This document shows positions 18,689 to 28,664 of a DNA stretch of 64,000 nucleotides, one piece after another. The DNA is from an uncultured Gemmatimonadales bacterium. GTDB lineage: Bacteria > Gemmatimonadota > Gemmatimonadetes > Gemmatimonadales > GWC2-71-9. The stretch is taken from positions 1,600,001 through 1,664,000 of the forward strand of contig CAVZZO010000003.1 of the NCBI GenBank assembly GCA_963779755.1, in the 5' to 3' direction. Below the pieces are notes generated by a model. That model was not told the DNA's origin, did no database searches, and worked only from the letters and a program-made list of their open reading frames with translations. Made by a program: the position numbers and the translations under genes. Positions within the stretch are counted from its first letter, which is position 1. Every line of letters starts with the position of its first letter.

Positions 18689-21600
18689 ATGCGGCTGGAG
18701 GCACAACTGAGGCAGATTCGGTCGCTGTGCGATCTCCCCGCGCTGGTGGCCGGGCTGGGATTCGAGCCGCTCTGGGAGCCGCTGCCGGTGGAGGCATGGC
18801 TCCCCGGCTCCGCCGGAATGCCCGGCATCCGCGAAGCTGCGCTGGTGGGGCAGCACGCGGGATTCCGCTGGGCCGCGCTCCGGGCCCGCGACCCGCGGCT
18901 GGCCCGGCGCATTACCCTGTGGCTGCAACGGCGGGGAGAATCCGCCGGCCTGCTGCTCTACCACGACGATGGCCGCCTGACGGTATCGGTCTCGTTTGGC
19001 GACCGGCCGCTCGTCGTGCTCGATCTCCAGCAGCCCGAGCCTGCGTCCCTGCTCGCCCTCAGGAGGATGCAGGATACCTGCATCGGGGCAGCAAACCCGC
19101 TGGCGCTGGCCGCCCTGATTGCCGGCTGCCTCGATTGCTCCGACCTCACCCGCGCCTTCTTCCGCGATTTCCGGGCAGCACTGGACACCATGGCGGGCGC
19201 GCTGACGGGACGGGTGGCGGCAGGCACCCGGCTGCCGCTTGCGCTGCTCCAGCTCACCCGGGTCCTGTTTCTCTATTTCGTGCAGGCACGTGGCTGGCTC
19301 GACGGCCGCCGGCAGTTCCTGGCCCAGGAGCTCGACCACTGCCTCAGCCGTGGCGGGCATGTTCATCGCCAGTTCCTTGCGCCGCTCTTCTTTGGCACCC
19401 TGAACTGCCCCAGCCATCAGCGAAGCGCGGGGATCAGGCGGTTCGGGCGCATTCCATTCCTCAATGGCGGCCTCTTCGAGCCACATCCGCTGGAACGCCG
19501 CTGGCGGGGCAGTATCCCCAATACCTGCTGGCGGGAAACATTCGACCGGCTATTCGAGCGCTACCACTTCACCGCCGACGAGTCGCAACGGGAAGGCCGC
19601 ATTGCACCCGACATGCTGGGCCGGGTATTCGAAGGGCTGATGGCCCCGGACGAACGCCATGCCAGCGGGACATTCTATACGCCGCCCGCGCTGGTCGACG
19701 GCATCGTTCACCGCGCCTTGCAGGCGCTGGTGGAGCGCCGACTCGGCGTGAGTTCCGCAGTCGCCGAGCGCATGCTGGCCGACGCCGACCCCGCGCTCCT
19801 GCCGATCTGGCCCGGCCTGGCCGTGCTCGACCCTGCGGTGGGAAGCGGCGCGTTCCTCCTGGGAGCGATGGAACGGCTGGACCATCTCCGCCGCTCGGAA
19901 ATCCCCGGCCGGCCGGCGCGCCGCCGCCGGATTCTGGAACAGAACCTTTTCGGTGTCGACCTGAACCCCACGGCGGTACGACTGGCCGAACTGCGCCTCT
20001 GGCTCGCCGTCATTGCCGAGGAACCGGAAGACGATCCCACCACCATCGCGCCGCTGCCCAACCTCGATTGCCTCATCCGTCAGGGCGACAGCCTGACCGA
20101 TCCCTTCGCCCTGGCCGGGCGGCTGCCCGGATCGGCCCGCGCCGCGGCTCTCGAGGTGGCCCGGCTGCGTCACGCGGTGGTCGTCACGCCGGGAAGCGGC
20201 AAGGCCGCGTCCGCCCGGGCCCTGCGCCAGGCTGAGGCGGCCGCGGCGCGCGCCTGCCTGGGCATGGCGGAGCATGAGCTGGCCCGGGAGATCTCGGAGA
20301 TTCTGGCAGTGGCTCGCGGTCCCGACCTCTTCGGCACGCGGCGCGGCCTCAACCACGATGAACGGCAGCATCTCCATCTGCTGCGCGCTCAGCGGCGGGG
20401 GCTGTCGGCGGCGCGCCGCCGGCTCGATCGCGACGGGGAAGTTCCCTGGTTTCACTATCAGAGCCATTTCCCGGATGTCTTTGCCCGGCGCGGAGGATTC
20501 GATCTCGTCATCGGCAATCCGCCCTGGGTCCGCTCCGAGCACCTGAAACCGGCAACCCGGGATTACCTCATGCGGCGATACCGCTGGTGGCGCGCGGGAC
20601 CCGGGACCGCCGGGTACCGGCACCTGCCCGATCTCGCGGTGGCATTTCTGGAGCGGGCGGTCGAGCTGGCCGGCCCTGAAGGAGTGGTGGGGGTTCTTCT
20701 CCCGGCCAAGCTCGCGACGGCAGGGTACGGGAACCGGGCTCGCGCCGCGCTGGTCAGAGAAACCACCATCCATACCGTCGCCGACCTCTCGGCGGACGCG
20801 ACCGGCTTCGAGGCCTCGGTATATCCCATGGCGGTGATTACAGCCAAGGGTCCGCCGGAGAAACCAGCGCAGGTCTGCACCTCACTGCGGGGGACGTCTC
20901 CGTCCGTGCCGCTGCATCGGCTCTCCGCTGGTCCCTGGATATTGCTTCCCTCGCTCCATGCCATGGTACACCGCCTGCGGGATCGCTACGGCACGCTCGC
21001 CGGCAGCTACTCCGTTCATCTGGGTGTGAAAACAGGAGCCAATAGCGTGTTTCTCGATCCTCCGGCGTCGATCGAGTCAGAGTTGTTCCGCTGGGCCGTT
21101 CGCGGGCGCGACGTGCGGCCCTGCCGGGTGAGCCCGCGCCGCCGCCTTCTCTGGACGCACGGGCCGGACGGCGAGCCCCTGGAGCGGCTTCCCCCGCGAG
21201 CGGCCGCCTGGCTGGAGGAACGCTTTCACCTGCTGGGCCGGCGGGCCGACTACCGCCGGGCGCCGCCCTGGCGCCTCTTCCGCACCGGCCCTGCCACCGC
21301 GTCCTGCCGGGTCGTCTGGGCCGATCTGGCGCGGCAGCTGATGGCGGCGCCGCTGCTTGCCCCGGCAGCCGGCGACCTCATTCCGCTCAACACCTGTTAC
21401 GTGGTTGTCCTTCCGGACGACCGCGCGGCGCTGGGCCTTGCGGCCTGGCTCAACTGCACCTGGATCCGTGCGCTGGCCCGCCTGACGGCAGACCGGGCCC
21501 GGGGCGCCTATGCCCGGTTCAACGCCCGGGCCGTCGGCGGCGTGCCGCTGCCGGCCGCGGTGCTGGCTGAAGGACGCCTGGAGCGGCTGGCCCGCGACGC

Positions 21601-21724
21601 CGCTCCCGAGACTCTCGATCAGAAGACTCTGGATGATGAGGCCGCTGAATATCTCGAGCTGTCTGCCGGCGAGCGCCGGGCGCTGGCACGGGTGGACGAC
21701 GCGCGCACCCGTCGTTCCCGCTGA
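18689..21724 (+). CDS. Large N6-adenine DNA methyltransferase, type IIG/Eco57I-like
   Basis: IPFLNGGLF, GTFYTPP, DPAVGSGAF (motif I), GNPPW (motif IV), TaqI-like C-terminal recognition region. Confidence 0.9.
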   Translation: MRLEAQLRQIRSLCDLPALVAGLGFEPLWEPLPVEAWLPGSAGMPGIREAALVGQHAGFRWAALRARDPRLARRITLWLQRRGESAGLLLYHDDGRLTVSVSFGDRPLVVLDLQQPEPASLLALRRMQDTCIGAANPLALAALIAGCLDCSDLTRAFFRDFRAALDTMAGALTGRVAAGTRLPLALLQLTRVLFLYFVQARGWLDGRRQFLAQELDHCLSRGGHVHRQFLAPLFFGTLNCPSHQRSAGIRRFGRIPFLNGGLFEPHPLERRWRGSIPNTCWRETFDRLFERYHFTADESQREGRIAPDMLGRVFEGLMAPDERHASGTFYTPPALVDGIVHRALQALVERRLGVSSAVAERMLADADPALLPIWPGLAVLDPAVGSGAFLLGAMERLDHLRRSEIPGRPARRRRILEQNLFGVDLNPTAVRLAELRLWLAVIAEEPEDDPTTIAPLPNLDCLIRQGDSLTDPFALAGRLPGSARAAALEVARLRHAVVVTPGSGKAASARALRQAEAAAARACLGMAEHELAREISEILAVARGPDLFGTRRGLNHDERQHLHLLRAQRRGLSAARRRLDRDGEVPWFHYQSHFPDVFARRGGFDLVIGNPPWVRSEHLKPATRDYLMRRYRWWRAGPGTAGYRHLPDLAVAFLERAVELAGPEGVVGVLLPAKLATAGYGNRARAALVRETTIHTVADLSADATGFEASVYPMAVITAKGPPEKPAQVCTSLRGTSPSVPLHRLSAGPWILLPSLHAMVHRLRDRYGTLAGSYSVHLGVKTGANSVFLDPPASIESELFRWAVRGRDVRPCRVSPRRRLLWTHGPDGEPLERLPPRAAAWLEERFHLLGRRADYRRAPPWRLFRTGPATASCRVVWADLARQLMAAPLLAPAAGDLIPLNTCYVVVLPDDRAALGLAAWLNCTWIRALARLTADRARGAYARFNARAVGGVPLPAAVLAEGRLERLARDAAPETLDQKTLDDEAAEYLELSAGERRALARVDDARTRRSR

Positions 21725-23933
21725 AGCGCTGACGACCGTCCGCGAACCGGCGCGCACCATTCTGCCGTCGCTGCAACCGGCGGCCAGCGACGCGGTAGCA
21801 AGAACCCTCGTGGCCACCTGCGCCCGGGAACGGCACCGGGCAGAGGCGCCGGCCTGGCTGCAGCCGGGCCAGCAGGCGACCTGGTCAGCGCTGATACCCA
21901 TGCTGCGCCGCTTCGGTGGCGCCCTGCTCGCCGACCCGGTCGGCTCCGGGAAGTCCTACATTGCGCTCGCGGTGGCGCGGTCGGAGCGGGGCCGCCGGCC
22001 GGTCGCGGTGCTGGTACCCTCGGTGCTCCTGCCCCAGTGGGAGCGATTGTCCCGGAGGCTGGGCATTCCCGTGCAGCTCTGGTCGCACGAGCGTCTCAGT
22101 CGCGGACAGCTCCCGCCCGGCGATCCGTCGCTGGTTGTCGTAGACGAGAGTCATCATTTCCGGAATCCCGCCACGCGGCGTTATCACACCCTCGCTCCGT
22201 GGCTGGTGGGCCGCCGGACGCTGCTCCTCTCGGCCACCCCGGTCGTCAATCGCACCCGCGACCTCTCGTCTCAACTGCTGCTCGGTATCCGCGACGACGC
22301 ACTCGCAGCGCTCGGTGTGCGCTCCCTGCGCGAACTGCTCGAGTGCGAGGCCTCGCACCCGGCGCTCGGTGCCCTCATCCTGGAGCGGCCGCGCGAGACG
22401 GGCGCACCCTCACGCAGCGAGCAGGCGATCGTTGTCCCGGACGACGCCGGCCTTCACCGGACCCTGGCGTTGCTCGATCAGCTCCGCCTCTCGGAGTCAC
22501 CCGCCGTATCGCGGCTGCTGCGCGGGGTCTTCTGGCGCGCCGCGGCATCGAGCCCGGCGGCGCTCTGCGGGGTGCTGTCGCGCTATCGGACACTCCTGAT
22601 GCATTGCCGGGACGCCTCCAACGGTTCCCGGCCCGCAGCCCGCACCTGGATTCGCCGGATCACCGGCCTCGACCCGGCCCAGTTGGTCCTGTGGCCGCTG
22701 ATGGGCGAGCCCCAGGAGGGAAGCGACCTCGTCCTGGACGACCTCCCTCTGCTCGACCGCCTGGTATCGGAGGCGGCCCGGTCCCGTGCGGTGGGTGACA
22801 CCAAGAGCGCGCTGCTCACGCGGTTGCTCCATCCGGCGGAGCCGACGCTGATCTTTACGGTCGCGCGGGAAACGGTTCACTACCTTCGGCAGCATCTCCC
22901 TTCCGCACGGCTGGCATGGTGCACCGGTGTCCGCTCCGGGATTGGACGGCTACCGGTTGCCCGCGAGAGCGTACTCCGGTGGTTCCGCCCCGAGGCCTCC
23001 CGTCTGCGCCTCGACCTGGGCCCCACCACGCTGGTGGCCACCGACGTCGCCGCGGAAGGACTGAATCTGCAGCGGGCCCGCAGGGTGATTCATTATGATC
23101 TGCCATGGACCGCCGTACGGCTCGACCAGCGGGACGGTCGGGCGCTGCGACTGGGATCGGCCCACGCGGAGGTCGAAGTGATCACTTTCCAGCCGCCGCC
23201 TGCGCTGGAGCAGCGGCTGCGACAGAGCCAGCTGATCGCCCGAAAGCGCAGTCTCCCCGCCCGGGCGGGACTCGGCCCGGAGGGCAGCCGGTGCTGGCGC
23301 TGGCGAGACGACCTCGCCGCTCGCTGGCCCGGGGGCACCGTCGGCAATGCACCGCTCGTGTCGGTGGTGGAGGGAGATCATGCGGGCGTGCTTCTGGGAC
23401 TGCGGATAGAGGACGCTCCCGGACCGCCCCTCGCCGTTGTTGCGGCGCGCCCCGACCACGAGAAGGCATGGTCGGAAAATCCGGCGCTGATCGAGCGCTG
23501 GCTGGAGAGTGCCATGCGATTGCCGGGCCGGGCCCCCACCAGTGTGGAGCAGGAGCGCGCCCTGGCGCTGGTTGCGTCTTTTGTGCGCGAACGGCTTCGA
23601 CTGCAGCAGGCTTGCCGCTGGCAACCCCCCAGGCCCGGCACGGAAGCGCGGCGTCTGTTGCGGCGCTTGCACCGGTTGGCCGTCCGGGCGGCACGGCGGC
23701 GGGATGCGCGCCTGCTGGCATTGGCCGAACGTGGCATGGCCTTCGCCCGGCGGGGACATACGGCGGGGGAAGCGATGCTCGTGTCAGAGCTGCTGCGGGC
23801 CGGGCCGCGGGATTTCCCCCGCCGTCTCCGGCGGCTGCCGGACGGGCCGGATTCCAGTGGCGCGCTGCAGGTCGTCCTCACCGGCGTGCTCATCTTTCGA
23901 GCCCGGAAGACCTCGCCGCCTCTCCTCGTTTGA
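21633..23933 (+). CDS. SNF2-like superfamily 2 helicase/translocase; start uncertain
   Basis: LADPVGSGKS (I), VVDESH (II), LSATP (III), TDVAAEGLNLQ (V), YDLPW..LDQRDGR (VI). Confidence 0.88.
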   Translation: MMRPLNISSCLPASAGRWHGWTTRAPVVPAEALTTVREPARTILPSLQPAASDAVARTLVATCARERHRAEAPAWLQPGQQATWSALIPMLRRFGGALLADPVGSGKSYIALAVARSERGRRPVAVLVPSVLLPQWERLSRRLGIPVQLWSHERLSRGQLPPGDPSLVVVDESHHFRNPATRRYHTLAPWLVGRRTLLLSATPVVNRTRDLSSQLLLGIRDDALAALGVRSLRELLECEASHPALGALILERPRETGAPSRSEQAIVVPDDAGLHRTLALLDQLRLSESPAVSRLLRGVFWRAAASSPAALCGVLSRYRTLLMHCRDASNGSRPAARTWIRRITGLDPAQLVLWPLMGEPQEGSDLVLDDLPLLDRLVSEAARSRAVGDTKSALLTRLLHPAEPTLIFTVARETVHYLRQHLPSARLAWCTGVRSGIGRLPVARESVLRWFRPEASRLRLDLGPTTLVATDVAAEGLNLQRARRVIHYDLPWTAVRLDQRDGRALRLGSAHAEVEVITFQPPPALEQRLRQSQLIARKRSLPARAGLGPEGSRCWRWRDDLAARWPGGTVGNAPLVSVVEGDHAGVLLGLRIEDAPGPPLAVVAARPDHEKAWSENPALIERWLESAMRLPGRAPTSVEQERALALVASFVRERLRLQQACRWQPPRPGTEARRLLRRLHRLAVRAARRRDARLLALAERGMAFARRGHTAGEAMLVSELLRAGPRDFPRRLRRLPDGPDSSGALQVVLTGVLIFRARKTSPPLLV

Positions 23934-23997
23934 GTGGGCCCTTCGGCCTTGGCGTGCCCGCCTTGACACCCGCTCCGGCGCCAGGCCAATTCCAGCC

Positions 23998-24340
23998 ATG
24001 ACGCGGCTGGTACACCCGGGCTCGGAGTATCTTGCCGGCTACACCGACGCGCTGCGCCGCGGCTGGTCGCCCGACAATACCAGCCCCGAGGTGGCGCAGG
24101 AGCAGCTGGCGGAGATCGCGACCGATCCGGACCGATTTCTCGCGGGGCAGACGGATCTGGAGGCCCGCGGCCCCGCCATTCGCCTGCCGACGGCAGTGTG
24201 GTGCCCCGGCTCCCCGGCTTCCACCGCTGGATGTGGGATGGCGAGTTCTGCGGCACCATCGCCATGCGCTGGCAGCCGGGGACCGAAGCCCTCCCCCCGT
24301 GGGGCACATCGGCTATGCCGTGGTTCCCTGGAAGCGCCGG
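23998..24340 (+). pseudogene. GNAT acetyltransferase, two frameshifts and 3' truncation
   Basis: ALRRGWSPDN...IRLP / DGSVVPRLPGFHRWMWDGEFCG...RWQPGTEALP / GHIGYAVVPWKRR split over different frames; ends at the AT-richer segment. Confidence 0.8.
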
Positions 24341-24610
24341 GAAAGGAAATAGCTCTGACGTGACGCGATGGTAACGGGCGGGTCTGTTAACACGTCATCA
24401 AGGGTGCGCTAGGTGACGCATACTCTCTCTCCTCATTCTGGGACGCGCCATCAATTGTCGCAAGAGCAGTTTGCTGCAGTGCGTGATACCGACAATCGTC
24501 CCATTGACTGCGGCTAGGCTAAGCCGTAGCGTATGTCGCCTCAAGAGAGGCACCTGATTCGATCGTTTGGACTGTGGTGGCGATTGCGCTAACGCCATAG
24601 CTTCCAGCTG

Positions 24611-25180
24611 ATGAAGAGAGGTCATGTGAGGCGACGATTTGTGGTCGGGTGCGCATTGCTGCTGAGCGCGGCGGCGTGCGGCGATGCTGCCAGTCCCAGC
24701 GGTAGCCCTCCGACAGTACTCGTGACGAATGCCACATGCGCGTCCGGGCGCTGTGCCACTCTTGAAATCCGGGCGTACGTCTGGAAGTTTCCTGTCCCGC
24801 AGACGCCCGACGGGCTCCGTATTCTCGGTGAAGCCCCACCGGGGCAAACGTGCCTTCTCTTTCCAGCGTCCTGGCCCTTAAGCATCATTGGTCCGGACAC
24901 TACAGGCCAGATTGACACCACTATCGTGACCTGGACCCCCGGCGATGCGGACGGGATTTACTTGATTGCGGTTGACAGCCTGGTGTATCACGGCGGTGGG
25001 AGTGCAGGTCAAGTTGACAGTACTAATCAAGGCATTCCGCCCTTTGACGGCGTAGACTTTGCGAGTGTGGGGGAGACCCCCACTTTCGTGCCCGGGATAG
25101 CCGATGGCTGGGCCGTCACCTTCCCGAGTACGCCACCATTCAGCGCATCTCTCACCAAACCGGGCGCGTGCAAGTCGTGA
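24611..25180 (+). CDS. Hypothetical lipoprotein
   Basis: Basic N-terminus, hydrophobic stretch, lipobox AAAC; lower GC than flanks. Confidence 0.7.
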   Translation: MKRGHVRRRFVVGCALLLSAAACGDAASPSGSPPTVLVTNATCASGRCATLEIRAYVWKFPVPQTPDGLRILGEAPPGQTCLLFPASWPLSIIGPDTTGQIDTTIVTWTPGDADGIYLIAVDSLVYHGGGSAGQVDSTNQGIPPFDGVDFASVGETPTFVPGIADGWAVTFPSTPPFSASLTKPGACKS

Positions 25181-25267
25181 GGAACTTCTCTTCCGGCTTA
25201 TGCCGCGTGCTTGCACATGCCGGATATCCAGCGTGGTTGTGCCTTCAATGAAAGGAGTCCAGTCGCC

Positions 25268-25785
25268 ATGCGTGATAAAATGGGAGCAGCATTGCTCGTG
25301 TGCTCGCTTGTCGCTCTCGCGGCGTGTGATCAAGGGACAGTGTCGCCGAACTCATCACGCGATCAGCCCGATTTGGCAGTGGGTCGTCAAAGCGACTCGG
25401 TGGCTACTCCAGCGGGCTGGTATGATCGGTCGTGCGTGCACGAGATTCCAAATGGCGCGCATGTGAGCACTAGCGGCCTCGTCACGCCCCGTAGTGGCAC
25501 CACTTTTCAAGTTCCAGCCTGTTCGCATCCCCCGCGTCCGAACGTACCCAATAACGGTGGATCCAACAGCCCCATGTTTCCAGTCAACAATGGCTGGATG
25601 GAATACGCGTACTACGCGCTGGCGTCCGGCCACACCTTCCATCAGCTGAACGCTGGCTGGCGCGTACCACCAGCGCCAGCGGGCTCGTATTCCGGCACCC
25701 AGACTTATTATAGCTTCCCGGGCTTAGAGAATGGATCCTACATCATCCAACCGGTGGTTCAGTACGGCTACAACGGGGCGTTTGG
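25268..25785 (+). pseudogene. Secreted lipoprotein, 5' part, interrupted by IS256
   Basis: AAAGGAG RBS, lipobox LAAC, 'TPAGW..SCVHEIP' and 'IIQPVVQYG' blocks; frame runs into the IS end. Confidence 0.7.
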
Positions 25786-27159
25786 GGTGCCGTCCCGATT
25801 CGTGTAGAAAATTGAAATGGCGTATGCTTCCGGGATGATCGAACCCCGATCCGCCGAAGTGCGGATCTAACCCGGAGGCATACGCCATGAGAGAAGTTAC
25901 GGCCACGGAGCAGGGGTGGGAAGCACTGGTCGGGGCGGACCCGCTGACGGCGGCCCTGCGCGGCGAAGCGCGGCGCTGGATTGAGCGCATGTTGCACGAG
26001 GAATTGGCGGCCGTCTTGGGCAGCGGCCGGCATGAGCGGACCGCCGCCCGGCAGGGATATCGGCACGGCACCCGGCGGCGGCGGGTGACGACCAGCCTGG
26101 GCCCCGTGGATCTCGCCATCCCGCGAGGGCGGGTGCAGGCGGGCGCCGAGCTGCGGGAATGGCAGAGCGGGCTGCTGCCGCGGTACGCGCGCCGAGCCCG
26201 GGCGGTGGATGCGGCGCTGGTCGGCTTCTACTGCGGGGGCGGCAATCAGCGGCGGCTCGCCCGGGCGCTCCGCTCGCTGCTGGCCGACGGTCCCGCCTCG
26301 CGGAGCACGGTCTCGCGCGTCGTGCGGGGGCTGCGGCAGGGCTACGAGGCGTGGCGCGAGCGCCCCCTGGGGGAGTTGGGGGTGCAGTATCTCTATCTGG
26401 ATGCGATCCACCTGCATGTGCGGGTGCTCAAGCGGGTCGAGCCGCTCCCGGTCCAGGTGGCGGTCGGGGTGCGGCCCGACGGGCAGAAGGTGCTGCTGGA
26501 TCTCCGGCTCTACGTCGCGGAGAGCGCCGCGGCCTGGGGCGACTTCGTGCGCGGGCTGGTGGAGCGCGGCCTGGTCGCGCCGGCGCTGGTGATCACCGAC
26601 GGCAGCAAGGGTCTGCGCCGGGCGCTGAGCGAGATCTGGCCGCAGGCTGCGGTGCAGCGCTGCACGGTGCATAAGCTGCGCAACCTGGCGGCCCACTGCC
26701 CGCAGCGGCTCTATCCGGCCGGCAAGCGCGACTACCACGCCATCGTGTATGCCGCCGATGCGGAGGCGGCGCGGCGGGCCTGGGGGCGGTTTACCCGCCG
26801 CTGGGGCCGGGAGCTGCCGGGGGTGGTGGCGAGCCTGGAGGAGGCGGGCGAGGAGCTGCTCACGTTCTATCGCCTGCCGAAGGCGCAGTGGAAGAGCCTG
26901 CGCACGACGAATATCGTCGAGCGCGTGCTGGAGGAGGTGCGACGGCGAGTCAAAACGCAGGGATCGCTGCCCAGCACCGAGGCCGTCCTGGTGCTCGGCT
27001 ACGGTCTGATCGCGACGGGGCAACTGCCCTTGCGGCGGATTGCCGGCTGGCGAACCTTGCCCCGTGTCAGTAACCGTCAAGCGGCTGCATGAGCGCCTGA
27101 CACGCTTGGAGGCCCGGAGACAGCGCCCATTGATTTTCTACACAACTCGGGACACGACC
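25786..27159 (+). mobile_element. IS256 family insertion sequence (1374 bp)
   Basis: Imperfect terminal IRs GGTGCCGTCCCGATTCGTGTAGAAAAT and (reverse complement of right end) GGTCGTGTCCCGAGTTGTGTAGAAAAT; no target duplication seen. Confidence 0.92.
25887..27092 (+). CDS. IS256 family transposase
   Basis: YLYLDA, ITDG, QRCTVHKLRN (CxxH), RTTNIVER DDE motifs. Confidence 0.95.
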   Translation: MREVTATEQGWEALVGADPLTAALRGEARRWIERMLHEELAAVLGSGRHERTAARQGYRHGTRRRRVTTSLGPVDLAIPRGRVQAGAELREWQSGLLPRYARRARAVDAALVGFYCGGGNQRRLARALRSLLADGPASRSTVSRVVRGLRQGYEAWRERPLGELGVQYLYLDAIHLHVRVLKRVEPLPVQVAVGVRPDGQKVLLDLRLYVAESAAAWGDFVRGLVERGLVAPALVITDGSKGLRRALSEIWPQAAVQRCTVHKLRNLAAHCPQRLYPAGKRDYHAIVYAADAEAARRAWGRFTRRWGRELPGVVASLEEAGEELLTFYRLPKAQWKSLRTTNIVERVLEEVRRRVKTQGSLPSTEAVLVLGYGLIATGQLPLRRIAGWRTLPRVSNRQAAA

Positions 27160-27363
27160 ACAGGAGGGTATCCGTCATATACTTACTATTGGGAGGAGTG
27201 TTCAATCGACTGCGGCCCCATGAGTCCGGACCTGCCTGCACACGGCTGGCAGTTCATCTCGAGTAATCGAACGGTTATTTGGTCGAAGAGGCAAAATTAC
27301 CTCCGCAACACCGCAACGGACAGCCATGGCACACAGGCCGTGGCGGAAATCTACATCCCGTGA
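27160..27363 (+). pseudogene. 3' remnant of a secreted protein (possibly the gene broken at 25785)
   Basis: Open frame TGGYPSYTYYW...TATDSHG..AVAEIYIP*, PKD/Ig-like pattern, no own start. Confidence 0.5.
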
Positions 27364-27858
27364 ATTGCGTGGGAGGCCGAGGTCCTTCGTGAGGGCAGCA
27401 GGACGGCTACAAGGACTGAGTAGGCATGTGCGGCGCAATCCCGTCGTGGTAAGGTTGGCCTGGAAAGGCCGCCCCCCTCGTATCGGGTTGCCGAGCGGTT
27501 CTAGGCCCCATGGCGCCTGCCCTGGTGCTCAGAGCGTTGACCTTTCCCCCGGAATAGTGCCGGTCAGGGTCGCTCGTATCACTTCCATCTCCACGTAGCC
27601 GGCGGGCCTCCCAACCGGCTGGCCGCCCACGCGTCAGCGCTACCGATCGCTGTCGACCGCCAGCTGGGGTGCCTCGCCCATGTCCCCGGCCTCAAGTTCC
27701 TACCCGGCGGCACTTTTCCCATCTGGCCTCGGCCGGTTTCGACTATCGCCGCCCCGTAGCGCTCCGCCCATCCGTGTCCCGCCCCACCCTGCGCGGCGCA
27801 GCTGGACGGGGAGCTTCCACGGTTACCTTCCAGCCAAACTCTATCCCCGGAAAACCGC

Positions 27859-28515
27859 ATGCCCAGCCCCCAGGCCATCCTGTTCGACCTCGACGGCACC
27901 CTGATCGACTCCGTCCGGCTCATCCTCGACAGCTATCACCACGCGCTGGAAGTCCACGGCCTCCCGCCCCGGACCGACGAACACTGGCTGGCCGGCATCG
28001 GCACCCCGCTCTGGGCCCAGTTCGCCGAGTATGCCGCCGACCAGGCCATGATGGACCGGCTCATCGCCACCTACCGGGAATACAACCTGACCCATCACGA
28101 CAGCCGGGTGAGCGCCTATCCCGGCGTGGTCGAGATGGTCCGCGCGGTGCGCACGGCCGGTATCCGCACCGCGCTGGTCACCAGCAAGAACCGGGGCGGC
28201 GCCGAGCGGGGGCTCCAGGCGGCCGGCCTCACCGCGGAGATCGAAATCCTGGTCTGCGCCGACGAGGTCGCCAACCCCAAGCCCCACCCCGAGCCGGTGC
28301 ACCTGGCGCTGGAGCGGCTGGGCGGCATCGCCGCCGAGTCGGCCGTCTTCGTGGGCGACAGCGTGCACGACATGCAGTCGGGCCGGGCCGCCGGCGTCCG
28401 CACCGCCGCCGTCCTCTGGGGGCCCTTCACCCGCCGGCACCTGGAAGGCTGCGGGCCGGATTACTGGCTCGGGAGTCCCGAAGACCTGATTGCGCTGGTG
28501 AACGGTGAGCGGTGA
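27859..28515 (+). CDS. HAD-superfamily phosphatase (PpaX/Gph-like)
   Basis: FDLDGTL, VTSK, KPHPEP, VGDSVHD. Confidence 0.92.
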   Translation: MPSPQAILFDLDGTLIDSVRLILDSYHHALEVHGLPPRTDEHWLAGIGTPLWAQFAEYAADQAMMDRLIATYREYNLTHHDSRVSAYPGVVEMVRAVRTAGIRTALVTSKNRGGAERGLQAAGLTAEIEILVCADEVANPKPHPEPVHLALERLGGIAAESAVFVGDSVHDMQSGRAAGVRTAAVLWGPFTRRHLEGCGPDYWLGSPEDLIALVNGER

Positions 28516-28594
28516 ACGGTGAGCGGTAAGCGGGCTCGCTCCTCAAGCCCCGGGCGCGGGCCCGCTCACCGCTCACCGCTCACCGCTCACCGTT
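28501..28594. repeat. Hairpin built from inverted heptamer arrays (CGGTGAG / CTCACCG)
   Basis: AACGGTGAGCGGTGA...TCACCGCTCACCGTT; contains the HAD stop codon. Confidence 0.88.
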
Positions 28595-28664
28595 CCCCCC
28601 CGCCCGCTCTTGTCACAACGGCGCCACTGTCTATCTTCCGGCGTCCCGATCCTCGGAGTTGGGC

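Noticed and set aside
18689..23933. Complete DISARM, BREX or type I/III restriction system
   Set aside because: No drmA/B/C, brxC/pglZ, hsdS/hsdR or res genes adjacent.
24345..27560. Integron cassette array
   Set aside because: No integron integrase and no convincing RYYYAAC...GTTRRRY attC pairs.
27420..27850. Small gene between the island and the HAD phosphatase
   Set aside because: Short ORFs with no RBS or motif support; possibly a decayed remnant.
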